A stretch of 64,000 bases of DNA from Sedimentisphaerales bacterium. GTDB taxonomy: Bacteria; Planctomycetota; Phycisphaerae; Sedimentisphaerales; SM23-30. Numbering within the stretch: the stretch's first letter is position 1; the number at the start of each line of letters is the position of its first letter. The DNA lies in the NCBI GenBank assembly GCA_963666285.1, contig OY762711.1; one strand, written 5' to 3'. Shown here piece after piece: positions 39,966-49,847 of the stretch. The position numbers were made by a program, and so were the translations under genes. The notes beneath the pieces were generated by a model. The model saw nothing but the letters and a program-made list of their open reading frames with translations. It did not search any database and was not told where the DNA came from.

Positions 39966-41252
39966 CTATTGGGGTCTGGGATTATTGTATGCCGGTGTAA
40001 TAATAACATCGAGTTCGAATCTAAGCCAGCCGCTACTGATATTTTCATTTTTGGGCTCGGCAGGCTCTTTGTCGCTGATAATGAATTTATATTTCTGGCC
40101 GGATAAGACCGGATATCTGAACGAGGTCATATAGTTATGGGCGAGGTTGTCGTTGCCGATAACAGATCCATGCTGATCGATCAGTTTAACATTTATTATT
40201 TTGTCGGCAGGCCCGGCAGTATGGGCAGCCGAAACTTTGAGGGAACCTTTTTGGCCATCAAATTCGGGGATGGTGATATCATATTCCAATGAAGCAGATG
40301 CGGTATAATCCTGTCGCCAGTTTTCCTGCGGTTTGAGGAAAACAGTATCGATCATTTTGACTTTAGGGTCAATAACAGAACCGACAGGGAGAACGGCAAC
40401 GGAAAAATCATCATCTCTGACAGTAACCAGGTTGAAGTGATCCAGGTACCCCTTCTCAGGATATACTTCAGTAATACCTGCACCGGTTACGCCCATCCGA
40501 TAGAAATCAATGCCGTCGAAATTGCCATCGAATTTCATCTGATGAAAATGTCCGGCAAAGACTGCTGATACATTACCGGCATTGACGAGCATATTGTGGA
40601 CAGGTTTCCAGCTGTCATCGTAGCTTTCGGTAAGCCAGCGTGGATGGTGCATGAACAGGAAAATGTGTTTGGCGGCAGCCGCCTGTTCGAGCGTGTTTTT
40701 GAGCCAGCTGAGCTGATCGTTACTGAACTGTCGGCATTCGGTTTTGGCGTAGGTTTTTTCGCCGGTATTGGGATCACCTTCGTCGGTATAGAGGACGATG
40801 AACCAGCAGTTTTTATGTTCGAAGGCATACCAGAGCGGTCCGAAATATTTTTCGAAATCGTCGTCATGTTCGTTAATCGGCCGCCCTTCGCCGCGCCAAT
40901 AGACATCATGGTTGCCGGCGGCTGGATACCAAGGGACATCGAGTCTGCCCATAATTTTGTTGAAACGCCGAGCTTCAAACTCCCAGCGATCTTGCAGACA
41001 ATAGCCCTGGACAAGGTCACCGACGGTCATTAACATATCCGGCTTGAAGACATTTATATCGGTAACGGCCTGTTCGAGTACCAGGAGCCCATCTTCGGTT
41101 CCGCCGGTGCGGTCTCCGAGAATGGCAAAGGTAAATGACGGAGACTGATCGGCAACAGGCAGCGATTTGAATTTATCACGGCTGGTAGTAAAATTATTAC
41201 CTGCATTTATAACAGCAGCGAGAAACAGAATAGCAAGAATTATTTTTTTCAT
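39966..41252 (-). CDS. Secreted calcineurin-like metallophosphoesterase
   Basis: GDRT, GDLV, GNHD, MHHP, AGHFH motifs; signal peptide MKKIILAILF from ATG 41252. Confidence 0.88.
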   Translation of the reverse strand: MKKIILAILFLAAVINAGNNFTTSRDKFKSLPVADQSPSFTFAILGDRTGGTEDGLLVLEQAVTDINVFKPDMLMTVGDLVQGYCLQDRWEFEARRFNKIMGRLDVPWYPAAGNHDVYWRGEGRPINEHDDDFEKYFGPLWYAFEHKNCWFIVLYTDEGDPNTGEKTYAKTECRQFSNDQLSWLKNTLEQAAAAKHIFLFMHHPRWLTESYDDSWKPVHNMLVNAGNVSAVFAGHFHQMKFDGNFDGIDFYRMGVTGAGITEVYPEKGYLDHFNLVTVRDDDFSVAVLPVGSVIDPKVKMIDTVFLKPQENWRQDYTASASLEYDITIPEFDGQKGSLKVSAAHTAGPADKIINVKLIDQHGSVIGNDNLAHNYMTSFRYPVLSGQKYKFIISDKEPAEPKNENISSGWLRFELDVIITPAYNNPRPQ

Positions 41253-41265
41253 ATCAGACATCCTT

Positions 41266-41769
41266 TCATTTAACCCTGGCGTATAAGTGGGCATCGCAGA
41301 GTTTACCATTTATATATACCCTTTTGCGCAGGGTACCTTCTTTTTGGAAACCGCATTTGACGGCGACACGTTCGCTGGCGGCATTTTCCGGGACCATAAG
41401 AATTTCAAGTCTCTTGAGGCCGAGCTCATTGAAGCCGATCCTGGTGATCTTTCGTACTGCCCTGGCGGCAATGTTTTTGCCCCAGTAAGCTTCATCGATA
41501 AAATACCCGATAGCTGCGATGTGCCTGGTCCTCTGGTTTACGTTCAGGTCGCAGCCGCCGACAACTTTGCCATTGAATAATATAACATAGATAAAAGCTT
41601 CGCCGGATTTACGTTTGGCAGAAAAGGTACGAATCTTTTCTTTTTCGTCATCAAGAGTACATGTTTTCCTGTTGGTGTAGATAAAATTCGGGTTAGACAT
41701 AATCTCCAGGATTCGTTTTGCGTCAGAAACGCGGGTGTATCTAAGCTCGACTTTATTTGCCATAGTCAT
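41266..41769 (-). CDS. GNAT acetyltransferase, RimJ/RimL family (copy 3)
   Basis: IGYFIDEAYWGKNIA, ENAASERVAVKCGF..EG. Confidence 0.9.
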   Translation of the reverse strand: MTMANKVELRYTRVSDAKRILEIMSNPNFIYTNRKTCTLDDEKEKIRTFSAKRKSGEAFIYVILFNGKVVGGCDLNVNQRTRHIAAIGYFIDEAYWGKNIAARAVRKITRIGFNELGLKRLEILMVPENAASERVAVKCGFQKEGTLRKRVYINGKLCDAHLYARVK

Positions 41770-42221
41770 TTCACCTTTGCGTATAATAAAGCATCGTAAA
41801 AATTTCCATCAATTTTAACCACATTACGGATGAGTCCTTCTTTTTGGAAACCGCATTTAACAGCGACACGCTCACTGGCAGAATTGCGCGGGTCCATCAG
41901 CATTTCAATTCGTTCGAGCTCAAGCTCATTGAAGCCGAGCCATTCGAGCTGACGAACCGCATTGGTAGCGATACCCCTGCCCCAATAATCATGGTCAACA
42001 AAAAAGCCAATTTCAGCGATATACTTTCTGCGATAATTGACATGCAGTCCGCAGCCGCCGACAATTGTTTTACCGAAAAAGATTGAAAAGAAATAGGACA
42101 GTCCCTGCTGCCTCAAGGAAGGCGGATCCCAGAAATACAGGAAATTGGGATCATCAAGTATTTCGACATGCCGCTTAGCGTGGCTTAACTTTGCCAATTT
42201 AAGTTCAACTTCAGATTCCAT
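41766..42221 (-). CDS. GNAT acetyltransferase, RimJ/RimL family (copy 2, 14-aa internal deletion)
   Basis: EIGFFVDHDYWGRGIA, NSASERVAVKCGF..EG. Confidence 0.85.
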   Translation of the reverse strand: MESEVELKLAKLSHAKRHVEILDDPNFLYFWDPPSLRQQGLSYFFSIFFGKTIVGGCGLHVNYRRKYIAEIGFFVDHDYWGRGIATNAVRQLEWLGFNELELERIEMLMDPRNSASERVAVKCGFQKEGLIRNVVKIDGNFYDALLYAKVK

Positions 42222-42223
42222 AA

Positions 42224-42721
42224 TTATTTAACTTTCGCATAAAGATAAACATCAGAGAGTTTGCCGTTGGTAAGGACGGCCTTTTGCATAATTCCTTCTT
42301 TCCGGTATCCGCATTTGACGGCGACACGTTCACTGGCGGTGTTGCCGAGATCCATCAGGATTTCGATGCGTTTGAGTCCGAGCTCGTTGAAGGCGAATCG
42401 TTCGAGTTTACGAACGGCCTTGGGAGCGATACCTTTGCCCCAGTATTGTTCGTCGATGAAATATCCGATCTCTCCGATATATCTTCGCCGCTGATTGATA
42501 TGCAGCCCACATCCGCCGACAAGCTTATCGCCGTAGAATATTGAATATACGTATGAGATTCCATCTTTGCGTTCGGCGGCCATCTTTCGGAGGAAGTCTT
42601 TTTCCTGCTCCACAGTAGGCGGCGGGTCCATAAAATATATGAAGTTGGGATTACTCAATATTTCCAGATACCTTTTGGCATAAGATAAACGCGGTGTTTT
42701 TAATTCAACTTTGTAAGCCAT
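42224..42721 (-). CDS. GNAT acetyltransferase, RimJ/RimL family (copy 1)
   Basis: EIGYFIDEQYWGKGIA, NTASERVAVKCGY..EG. Confidence 0.9.
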   Translation of the reverse strand: MAYKVELKTPRLSYAKRYLEILSNPNFIYFMDPPPTVEQEKDFLRKMAAERKDGISYVYSIFYGDKLVGGCGLHINQRRRYIGEIGYFIDEQYWGKGIAPKAVRKLERFAFNELGLKRIEILMDLGNTASERVAVKCGYRKEGIMQKAVLTNGKLSDVYLYAKVK

Positions 42722-42795
42722 AAGAAAACCATAAATAAGTTAAGAGTAAAGAACTAAGAATAAAGGCAATTTCCAGAGGTCATCTAAAGAGTTGC

Positions 42796-42830
42796 GGTGT
42801 TTGGCTAACGCCACACATTTTTTAAAATTT
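42796..42830 (+). repeat. Short intergenic hairpin repeat (GGTGT family)
   Basis: GGTGTTTGGC-TAAC-GCCACACATTTTTTAAAA. Confidence 0.5.
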
Positions 42831-43068
42831 AGACGACAATAGTAACTTCACAACATTCTACAGTAAAATATTTTTCAAAGCAGTTATCATATAAGATAAG
42901 AGACGCAATATCACCAGAAATGTTACAATTATTTTTACGAGCTGTCGAATATAAATTTGGTAATTACCTGATATTTATCAGACTCTTAAAAAAATATACG
43001 TTGGAAATCAAAGAAATGATAGTTACAAGTTAGCGGTGAAGTTGTCACTAATACAAAAACAACACCAT

Positions 43069-44007
43069 TTATTCTTGTTCAATTTGTTTTTGGCTTTCAG
43101 TATATCGGCCCTGTACGATAACAGCGGTAACAGAACCGGCGATAACAACAGCACCTGAGATATACTGCCAGAAATTAAGTACTTCGTGATGAATGACCCA
43201 CGAAGCAAACAGAACGCAAACCGGAACAAGGCTGAGAATGATAACCGGCAGAGTAGTACCGATAAGCTGTACAGCGGCGACATATAAAACATGAGCTATT
43301 GCCATGCAGATAAACCCAGAGATGATCAAAAGGAACCATACCTTTGAGGTAAAGTGAGCGTATTGTGAGGGATCGCCGACAGTAAAAGCTAGTATGCCGA
43401 GCAGAAACGAGGTATATAAGCTGATAATAGCAAAACCAACAACTGGATTTATGTTCTGCATATACTTTTTGATAGTAACGGTGTAGGCCGACCAGAAAAC
43501 AGCGTTGCCCATGACGATGATGACGCCTTCTGGTTTGACCTTGTCACCGAATCCTTCCTGATAGTAGAGAATGCCGAAGACTCCGATTATTACCATAAAT
43601 ATGCCTACCCAGAGGCCGGGCCTGCGAATAAATCCACGCTGGTCGGGGAACATTATAACAGTCATTATGATAACCCAGAAAATCGTGCTGCGCTGGATGA
43701 GGGTGGCGAATCCCGGATCGAGGAAATACATGGAGTTGCCCCAGCAGCTCTGGAGTGCAGCATTAAAGAAGCTGGGAATAGCAGCGATCAGCCACATTTT
43801 AGGAGGTATTTTTTTCCTGGCGGCATTATAAATCAGCAGCGGCAGCCAAAAAACCGCGGCAGTAGCATACCGGACAAAATTCTGGGTCCATGCATCGGTA
43901 TATGCGGTAAGGGTTTTGATAAATAGCGGAGCAGAAGTCCAACAAATAAGAACCCCCAAAATACAGAGCAGCCCTATCACCCTGCTACTTTTATTGTTAA
44001 CAGTCAT
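43069..44007 (-). CDS. DMT/EamA-family transporter
   Basis: About 10 TM segments in two EamA repeats. Confidence 0.9.
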   Translation of the reverse strand: MTVNNKSSRVIGLLCILGVLICWTSAPLFIKTLTAYTDAWTQNFVRYATAAVFWLPLLIYNAARKKIPPKMWLIAAIPSFFNAALQSCWGNSMYFLDPGFATLIQRSTIFWVIIMTVIMFPDQRGFIRRPGLWVGIFMVIIGVFGILYYQEGFGDKVKPEGVIIVMGNAVFWSAYTVTIKKYMQNINPVVGFAIISLYTSFLLGILAFTVGDPSQYAHFTSKVWFLLIISGFICMAIAHVLYVAAVQLIGTTLPVIILSLVPVCVLFASWVIHHEVLNFWQYISGAVVIAGSVTAVIVQGRYTESQKQIEQE

Positions 44008-44329
44008 TTATAGTCTCATTTCATCAAAAAAAATACATTCCGGCGATCTGAGCCCCCATATTATGCCGGTAAGTTTCACATGATATGTCAATAACCAGCA
44101 GCATACAACAAAAATGCGATTTTTATCTAAAAGCGAGGTGGAACAGCATTTTTTAGCTCTTTACCATCTCAGTATTTATGACTATAATGACAGTATAGTT
44201 GGCAAAGATATTAATATTGCTAAAATATTCTAATACCGGGGCTGACAGAATCCTGCCTGATAAGAGACAGATGTAATTTACTGATAAATATAAGCTTATA
44301 AAATCTAGATGGATCGTTGAGGTTTAATA

Positions 44330-44968
44330 ATGCGTAAAGAGACAAAAATAGGAATTATCATCGGTATAATAATAGTTGCCGGGGTAGCTGTTTATTTTGT
44401 AAACCAGGACAAGGGCCAGCGTGCAAGGACCCCGGATAACTTTTCCATGGATGAGCTTGACAAAACAGCAAGCGGAACCAGCACCGCAAAGCCAGTAAGC
44501 CCGGCAAAACCGACCCTTCCGCCTAAAACTACAGCTAATAGTAGCAAGTCAACGATTAAACTGCCGGAAGGAACAGAGAATAAGGTTGAACCGGCAAAAA
44601 CCGAACCTTTGACACCTGTTAAGAATGATGAGGCTAAGACAGCTGCTTCAGATAACAGGACAGATGTAAAGATATCATTGCCAACCAAGACCGCCGAGCC
44701 GGTAAAGGCCGAGCCGATAGTAACGAAAGCAGTAAAGGATAATGACCCGCTGGCAAATCTGCCAGAGAGCTACCCGGAACAGATAACAGAGACCAAATAT
44801 CATGTAATCAAGAAAGGTGACAGCCTGTACAGTATTTCAACAGAATATTTTGGAACCGGGAAGTACTGGAAGGCGATCTTTGATAAGAATAAAGATGTTA
44901 TCAAGAACGAAAGTTCTCTAACAGTCGGCTGGAAGATCAAGATTCCGACGCCGGAAGAGATAGAATAA
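44330..44968 (+). CDS. Membrane-anchored LysM peptidoglycan-binding protein
   Basis: N-terminal TM, P/T/K-rich linker, YHVIKKGDSLYSIS..W..IFDKN..LTVGWKIKIP. Confidence 0.9.
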   Translation: MRKETKIGIIIGIIIVAGVAVYFVNQDKGQRARTPDNFSMDELDKTASGTSTAKPVSPAKPTLPPKTTANSSKSTIKLPEGTENKVEPAKTEPLTPVKNDEAKTAASDNRTDVKISLPTKTAEPVKAEPIVTKAVKDNDPLANLPESYPEQITETKYHVIKKGDSLYSISTEYFGTGKYWKAIFDKNKDVIKNESSLTVGWKIKIPTPEEIE

Positions 44969-44984
44969 GAAAGTAAGAAGTTGA

Positions 44985-45016
44985 GGTGTCGCTAACGCGA
45001 CCTTATTTTAAAAGCT
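44985..45016 (+). repeat. Short intergenic hairpin repeat (GGTGT family)
   Basis: GGTGTCGC-TAAC-GCGACCTTATTTTAAAAGCT. Confidence 0.65.
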
Positions 45017-45045
45017 TCGCTAGGTGAAACCTATAACAAGATACG

Positions 45046-45077
45046 AAAAAAGGGAGCTGCGAGATGCAGTTCCCTTT
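45046..45077. terminator. Rho-independent terminator between convergent genes
   Basis: AAAGGGAGCTGC-GAGAT-GCAGTTCCCTTT. Confidence 0.75.
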
Positions 45078-45108
45078 AGTATTTTAAAGTAAAGCAAAGA
45101 AAAGAGCT

Positions 45109-46185
45109 TTATTTCATTTTTGCAATAATAGCATCAGCCATTTCCTGGGTACCAACCGCGGTAGGGTCTTTACGATCTTCCTTCATATCATAGGTAACAT
45201 CTTTACCTTCAGCAATAACTTCCGCGATAGCATTTTCGAGCCTGTCAGCTTCTTCGCGATATTCGATATGTCTGAGCATAAGCATTGCACTTAACAGCAG
45301 AGCGGTCGGGTTGACCTTGTTGAGTCCTTTATATTTAGGAGCACTGCCGTGGGTAGCTTCGAAAATAGCCATATCCTTGCCGAAGTTTCCGCCGGGTGCC
45401 ATGCCCAGTCCTCCGATAAGTCCGGCACACAGGTCGCTAAGTATATCACCGTACAGATTTGGCAGTACCAGCACATCGTACATTTCCGGATACTGAACCA
45501 GCTGCATGCACATGTTGTCCACGATACGGTCTTCAAATTCGATATTCGGATATTGTTTAGCAACTTCGCGGCTGATCTCCAGCCAAAGACCGTCGGTATG
45601 CTTCATAATATTGGCTTTATGAACACTGGTAACTTTTTTGCGTCCGTTTGCCACAGCATAATCGAAAGCAAACTTCACAATACGTTCGGTACCTTCAACC
45701 GAGATCGGTTTGATGGTGATACCACTGTCGGGCCTGATTTTCTTTTCGCTGCGTTTGTTGATCCAATCGATGATTTCTGCTGCGGCGTCGGTATCCTTTT
45801 CGAACTCTATGCCGGCATAGCAATCTTCGGTATTTTCGCGGACAATCACCAGGTCAAGGTTGTCGTACTTGCTGCGTATTCCTTTGTAATATTTGCAAGG
45901 TCTGAGGCAGGCATAAAGGTCGAAATGCTGACGAAGGTGAACGTTTATACTGCGAAACCCAGTACCAACAGGGGTAGTAATAGGCGCCTTAATAGCGGCA
46001 TCGCTACTTTCGAGGCTTTTGATAGTTTCGTCGGGCAGAGGAGTGCCAACTCTTTCCATAACGTCGATACCAGCTTCCTGGATGTCCCATTTAATATCAG
46101 CACCGGTAGCATCAACACAACGCATGGTAGCTTCGGCGATTTCCGGGCCGATACCATCACCTGTAATCATTATTACTGTCTTCAA
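45109..46185 (-). CDS. icd: Isocitrate dehydrogenase (isocitrate/isopropylmalate dehydrogenase family)
   Basis: [18 protein letters not shown] (isocitrate-type S-x-N), [33 protein letters not shown]. Confidence 0.88.
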   Translation of the reverse strand: MKTVIMITGDGIGPEIAEATMRCVDATGADIKWDIQEAGIDVMERVGTPLPDETIKSLESSDAAIKAPITTPVGTGFRSINVHLRQHFDLYACLRPCKYYKGIRSKYDNLDLVIVRENTEDCYAGIEFEKDTDAAAEIIDWINKRSEKKIRPDSGITIKPISVEGTERIVKFAFDYAVANGRKKVTSVHKANIMKHTDGLWLEISREVAKQYPNIEFEDRIVDNMCMQLVQYPEMYDVLVLPNLYGDILSDLCAGLIGGLGMAPGGNFGKDMAIFEATHGSAPKYKGLNKVNPTALLLSAMLMLRHIEYREEADRLENAIAEVIAEGKDVTYDMKEDRKDPTAVGTQEMADAIIAKMK

Positions 46186-46399
46186 AATAATACTCCTTAT
46201 ATACTTCTACTTATTCTAATCGATAAAATTGAAACCCATATGATACCCTAAACAGGTCCAAAAGGCGCGAAAAAACTGGGAAAAGCGTCAAATGTGGCGG
46301 TAAAATAGCCAAAAAATGGAGCATATTGAATTTTTCACAAAAAATCCCTACCTGTTTTTATCTGCATCAAACAATAGCAGGCAAGTCATTATTACGTAA

Positions 46400-47044
46400 T
46401 CAGGACTGTCTATTTCTTTTGGCAAGCAAACCACCCAGAGTAAGCAGAACGATAGTTGCGGGTTCAGGGGTAACAACCTTTACATGAGTATAAGTATCTG
46501 GATATTTGTATTGTATGGTATCGTTTAGGAATTTTATCGAAAATTCGTCATTTCCGTACTTATACCATTGCCCGGTAATGCCGTTGATTTCTCCTTCGTT
46601 ATCGTAAAGCCAGGACCAACCCTCGCAGCATTCAATTGTAATTGTTTCGCCGGCAGTAGGTTTTTGAATACTTCTAATCAGATTGACCTGTCCGCCATTG
46701 ATGATTGCTGCTGCATCTTTTAGGACATAAATATAGTTGGCTATACCACCGGAAAAAGTGACAGTGCTGTTGTCGCTGATGTATATATTATTAACTCCAC
46801 TTTCATTACTAATAAGAGGTTTTGATGTTGAAGTGACTTCTAGATGAGAATAGTCCTGAATGTCTATCCAATTTGCTCCACCATCCGAAACAGTTATTTC
46901 GCTTAAATCTGTAACAATAACATGCCCTCCATATTCACCTTTAGACAAAATACCATCCGTAGCGACATTATGAGTATCAGAAATACTCCCGTAAGATATG
47001 TTAACAGTCAATATCAATATTAACACCATTTGCGATAATTTCAT
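46400..47044 (-). CDS. PEP-CTERM surface protein, copy D
   Basis: Signal peptide; VTPEPATIVLLTLGG plus basic tail; paralog of copies A-C. Confidence 0.88.
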   Translation of the reverse strand: MKLSQMVLILILTVNISYGSISDTHNVATDGILSKGEYGGHVIVTDLSEITVSDGGANWIDIQDYSHLEVTSTSKPLISNESGVNNIYISDNSTVTFSGGIANYIYVLKDAAAIINGGQVNLIRSIQKPTAGETITIECCEGWSWLYDNEGEINGITGQWYKYGNDEFSIKFLNDTIQYKYPDTYTHVKVVTPEPATIVLLTLGGLLAKRNRQS

Positions 47045-47703
47045 TTTTTCTCCTGTAAACTCAACTGAATAAAAACCTTACCTGCCGCTATTGTACCAAA
47101 TAACGGCAGGCAGGTTCAATATTTATTGTAAAGATTCCTTGATTTTGGACAATTCTTCATCAAAAAAGTCCAGAATATCCTGTAAATCTTTCTTATCTTT
47201 ACCTTTATGGGTCTGTAGAATCTTTTCTGCTACGCAATCCTGAAGGTAATAAATATCGCTGACGATTTGTGCCAGTTCAGAATTACTCATCCGATCATAA
47301 GGATTGACCGTTGCTTCTGCATCAGTATCCAGGCTTAATGCCGCCACACTTGCTACAGATTCCAGCGGAGTAACCGAAGCTGCCATCATAGTAACCTCTC
47401 CACTGATGCTTACATTGTAATTTTCATACCAGCATGCCTGCCAGAGCCAGGGCACACCAAATACAAATACTGTCAAATCCGCCAGATCTATACTGTACTG
47501 GCTGGTGCCGGTATCATCCAGGTTGCATGCCGGATTCCAATCAAAGGTATCATTGGGGTCGCCATAGTTAGGGTCAGCCCATCCGGGATCACCGGGGTCA
47601 AGAGTAAGCCATGAATCGGCAAAGAATCTGAACTCTTCCAGGTTTACTATGCCATCCGCGTTCCAATCGTATTCATTGGCAAATTCTCCCTCGGTATAAT
47701 TAC
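47042..47703. repeat. Direct repeat of 49767-50428 (offset 2725 bp)
   Basis: Near-identical 3' end of the 905-aa gene, stem-loop and RBS; homology breaks at ...GGTATAATTAC. Confidence 0.92.
47123..47703 (-). pseudogene. 5'-truncated copy of the C-terminal part (about 190 aa) of the 49848-52565 protein
   Basis: NYTEGEFANEYDW...KIKESLQ matches the parent with about 15 aa differences; no start or signal peptide; preceded by a terminator. Confidence 0.85.
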
Positions 47704-47711
47704 TTTGCACG

Positions 47712-47751
47712 AAAAAAAAACGCCGGGCGATTATAAATTCGTCCAGCGTTT
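47712..47751 (-). terminator. Rho-independent terminator after PEP-CTERM copy C
   Basis: AAACGCTGGACGA-loop-TCGCCCGGCG followed by T9. Confidence 0.75.
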
Positions 47752-47780
47752 GCAAGTTATATTGTTGTGGAATTATGGAA

Positions 47781-48428
47781 TCAGAACTGTCTATTTCTTT
47801 TGGCAAGCAAACCACCCAGGGTAAGCAGAACGATTGTTGTTGGTTCAGGTGTTACAACTTCTACATGAGTCCAGGTATCTGTTAATAATGGTTTATCAAT
47901 ATTCAAGAATTTTATCGAAAACTCGTCATTGCCGTACTTATACCATTGCCCGGCAATACCGTTAATTTCTCCTTCGTTATCATAAAGCCAGGACCAGCCT
48001 TCACAGCATTCAATTGTAATTGTTTTTCCGACATATTCATATTGTGCGGTTCTGATCAGATTGACCTGTCCGCCATTGATGATTGCTGCTGCATCTTTTA
48101 GGACATAAATATAGTTGGCTATACCACCAGAAAAAGTAACAGTGCTGTTATCGCTGGGAGTAATATAATATATTCCACCTCCGCCTTCGTAGTAGTCTGA
48201 TAATGGTGTTTTGGTTGAAATGATTTCTAAATGAGAATTATCAAATAGTCTAATCTGTTCAGCTCCTCCGCCAGTTACTGTTAAAATACTGTCTTCGCTT
48301 ACCTGTACATTAGAACCATATTCTCCCTCAGAAATATACCCATCAGTTGCAATTCCATTGGAATCATAAATACTGGCAAAAGAATGGCTAGCCAGTATTA
48401 AAATTAACATCATTTGTAAAAATTTCAT
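47781..48428 (-). CDS. PEP-CTERM surface protein, copy C
   Basis: ATG 48428 after AGGAG; VTPEPTTIVLLTLGG tail; 648 bp. Confidence 0.88.
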   Translation of the reverse strand: MKFLQMMLILILASHSFASIYDSNGIATDGYISEGEYGSNVQVSEDSILTVTGGGAEQIRLFDNSHLEIISTKTPLSDYYEGGGGIYYITPSDNSTVTFSGGIANYIYVLKDAAAIINGGQVNLIRTAQYEYVGKTITIECCEGWSWLYDNEGEINGIAGQWYKYGNDEFSIKFLNIDKPLLTDTWTHVEVVTPEPTTIVLLTLGGLLAKRNRQF

Positions 48429-48451
48429 TTTTTCTCCTGTGATTAAGAGAA

Positions 48452-49098
48452 TTATACACATCGTCTTTTCATTATCACTCCGCCCAGGGTAAGCAGAACG
48501 ATTGTTGCAGGTTCAGGGGTAACAACCTTTACATGAGTCCAGGTATCTGTTAATAATGGTTTATCAATATTCAAGAATTTTATCGAAAACTCGTCATTGC
48601 CGTACTTATACCATTGCCCGGTAATACCGTTAATTTCTCCTTCGTTATCATAAAGCCAGGACCAACCCTCACAGCATTCAATAGTAATTGTTTCGCCGGC
48701 AGTAGGTTTTTGAATACTTCTAATCAGATTGACCTGTCCGCCATTGATGATTGCTGCTGCATCTTTTTGGACATAAATATAGTTGGCTATACCACCAGAA
48801 AAAGTGACAGTGCTGTTATCATTGGAAGTAATGTTATAAATCCCACCCCCCCCTCATAGTAGCCTGATAATGGTGTTTTAGTTGAAATAACCTCTAAATG
48901 AGAATAGTCTCCAAGTTCAACAACATTTGATCCTCCTCCTGTAAAAGTTAAAATACTGTCTTCACTTACCTGTACATTAGTACCATATTCACCATCTGAT
49001 ATTATTCCATCACTGGTTAACCCATTAGCATCAGAAATACTCCCGTAAGAAATGTTAACAGTCAATATCAATATTAACATCATTTGTGAAAATTTCAT
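48452..49098 (-). pseudogene. PEP-CTERM surface protein, copy B, with a -1 frameshift in a G8 tract
   Basis: 647 bp versus 648 bp for copies A and C; one extra G at 48846-48853 restores YEGGGGIY and a full ORF ending VTPEPATIVLLTLGGVIMKRRCV. Confidence 0.85.
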
Positions 49099-49121
49099 TA
49101 TTTCTCCTGTGATTAAGAGAA

Positions 49122-49769
49122 TTATATACATCGTCTTTTCATTATCACTCCGCCCAGAGTAAGCAGAACGATAGTTGCGGGTTCAGGGGTAACAACCTTT
49201 ACATGAGTCCAGGTGTCGGGGAATGAATATACAATAGTATCATTTAGGAATTTTATCGAAAATTCGTCATTGCCGTACTTATACCATTGCCCGGTAATAC
49301 CGTTGATTTCTCCTTCGTTATCGTAAAGCCAGGACCAGCCCTCACAGCATTCAATTGTAATTGTCTCTCCAACAGTAGGCTTTTGAATACTTCTAATCAG
49401 ATTGACCTGTCCGCCATTGATGATTGCTGCTGCATCTTTTTGGACATAAATATAGTTGGCAACACCACCAGAAAAAGTAACAGTGCTGTTGTCGCTGGGA
49501 ACAATGTTATATATTCCACCTCCACCTTCATAGTAACCTGATAATGGTGTTTTAGTTGAAATAACCTCTAAATGAGAATAATCGCTAAGGCGAACCTGGT
49601 CCCCCCCCCCTCCTGTAAAAGTTAAAATACTGTCTTCACTTACCTGCACATTAGTGCCATATTCACCATCAGAAATTATTCCATCGCTTGCAAGACCATT
49701 TGAATCGTAAATACTTCCATATGAGATATTAACCAATGCCAGTATTAACATCATTTGTGAAAATTTCAT
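49122..49769 (-). CDS. PEP-CTERM surface protein, copy A (in-frame G10 tract)
   Basis: Signal peptide; VTPEPATIVLLTLGGVIMKRRCI; G10 at 49601-49610. Confidence 0.88.
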   Translation of the reverse strand: MKFSQMMLILALVNISYGSIYDSNGLASDGIISDGEYGTNVQVSEDSILTFTGGGGDQVRLSDYSHLEVISTKTPLSGYYEGGGGIYNIVPSDNSTVTFSGGVANYIYVQKDAAAIINGGQVNLIRSIQKPTVGETITIECCEGWSWLYDNEGEINGITGQWYKYGNDEFSIKFLNDTIVYSFPDTWTHVKVVTPEPATIVLLTLGGVIMKRRCI

Positions 49770-49795
49770 TTTTTCTCCTGTAAACTCAACTGAAT

Positions 49796-49841
49796 AAAAA
49801 CCTTACCTGCCGCTATTGTACCAAATAACGGCAGGCAGGTT
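49796..49841 (-). terminator. Stem-loop between the large gene and the PEP-CTERM array (also at 47071-47116)
   Basis: CCTGCCGTTATT-loop-AATAGCGGCAGG followed by TAAGGTTTTT. Confidence 0.6.
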
Positions 49842-49847
49842 CAATAT

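Noticed and set aside
45349..46251. Long antisense ORFs (also 54207-55103, 27543-28127, 28436-29020, 60159-60818)
   Set aside because: They are shadows of well-supported genes on the opposite strand and show no recognisable motifs.
47704..47815. N-terminal part of the 230-aa ORF 47123-47815
   Set aside because: It reads through the end of copy C and its terminator (RRFFF comes from the T tract); only 47123-47703 is homologous to a real gene.
46400..49769. Diversity-generating retroelement or CRISPR explanation for the repeats
   Set aside because: No reverse transcriptase or cas gene is in the window; the repeats are whole genes, and the differences include indels and are not evidently adenine-restricted.
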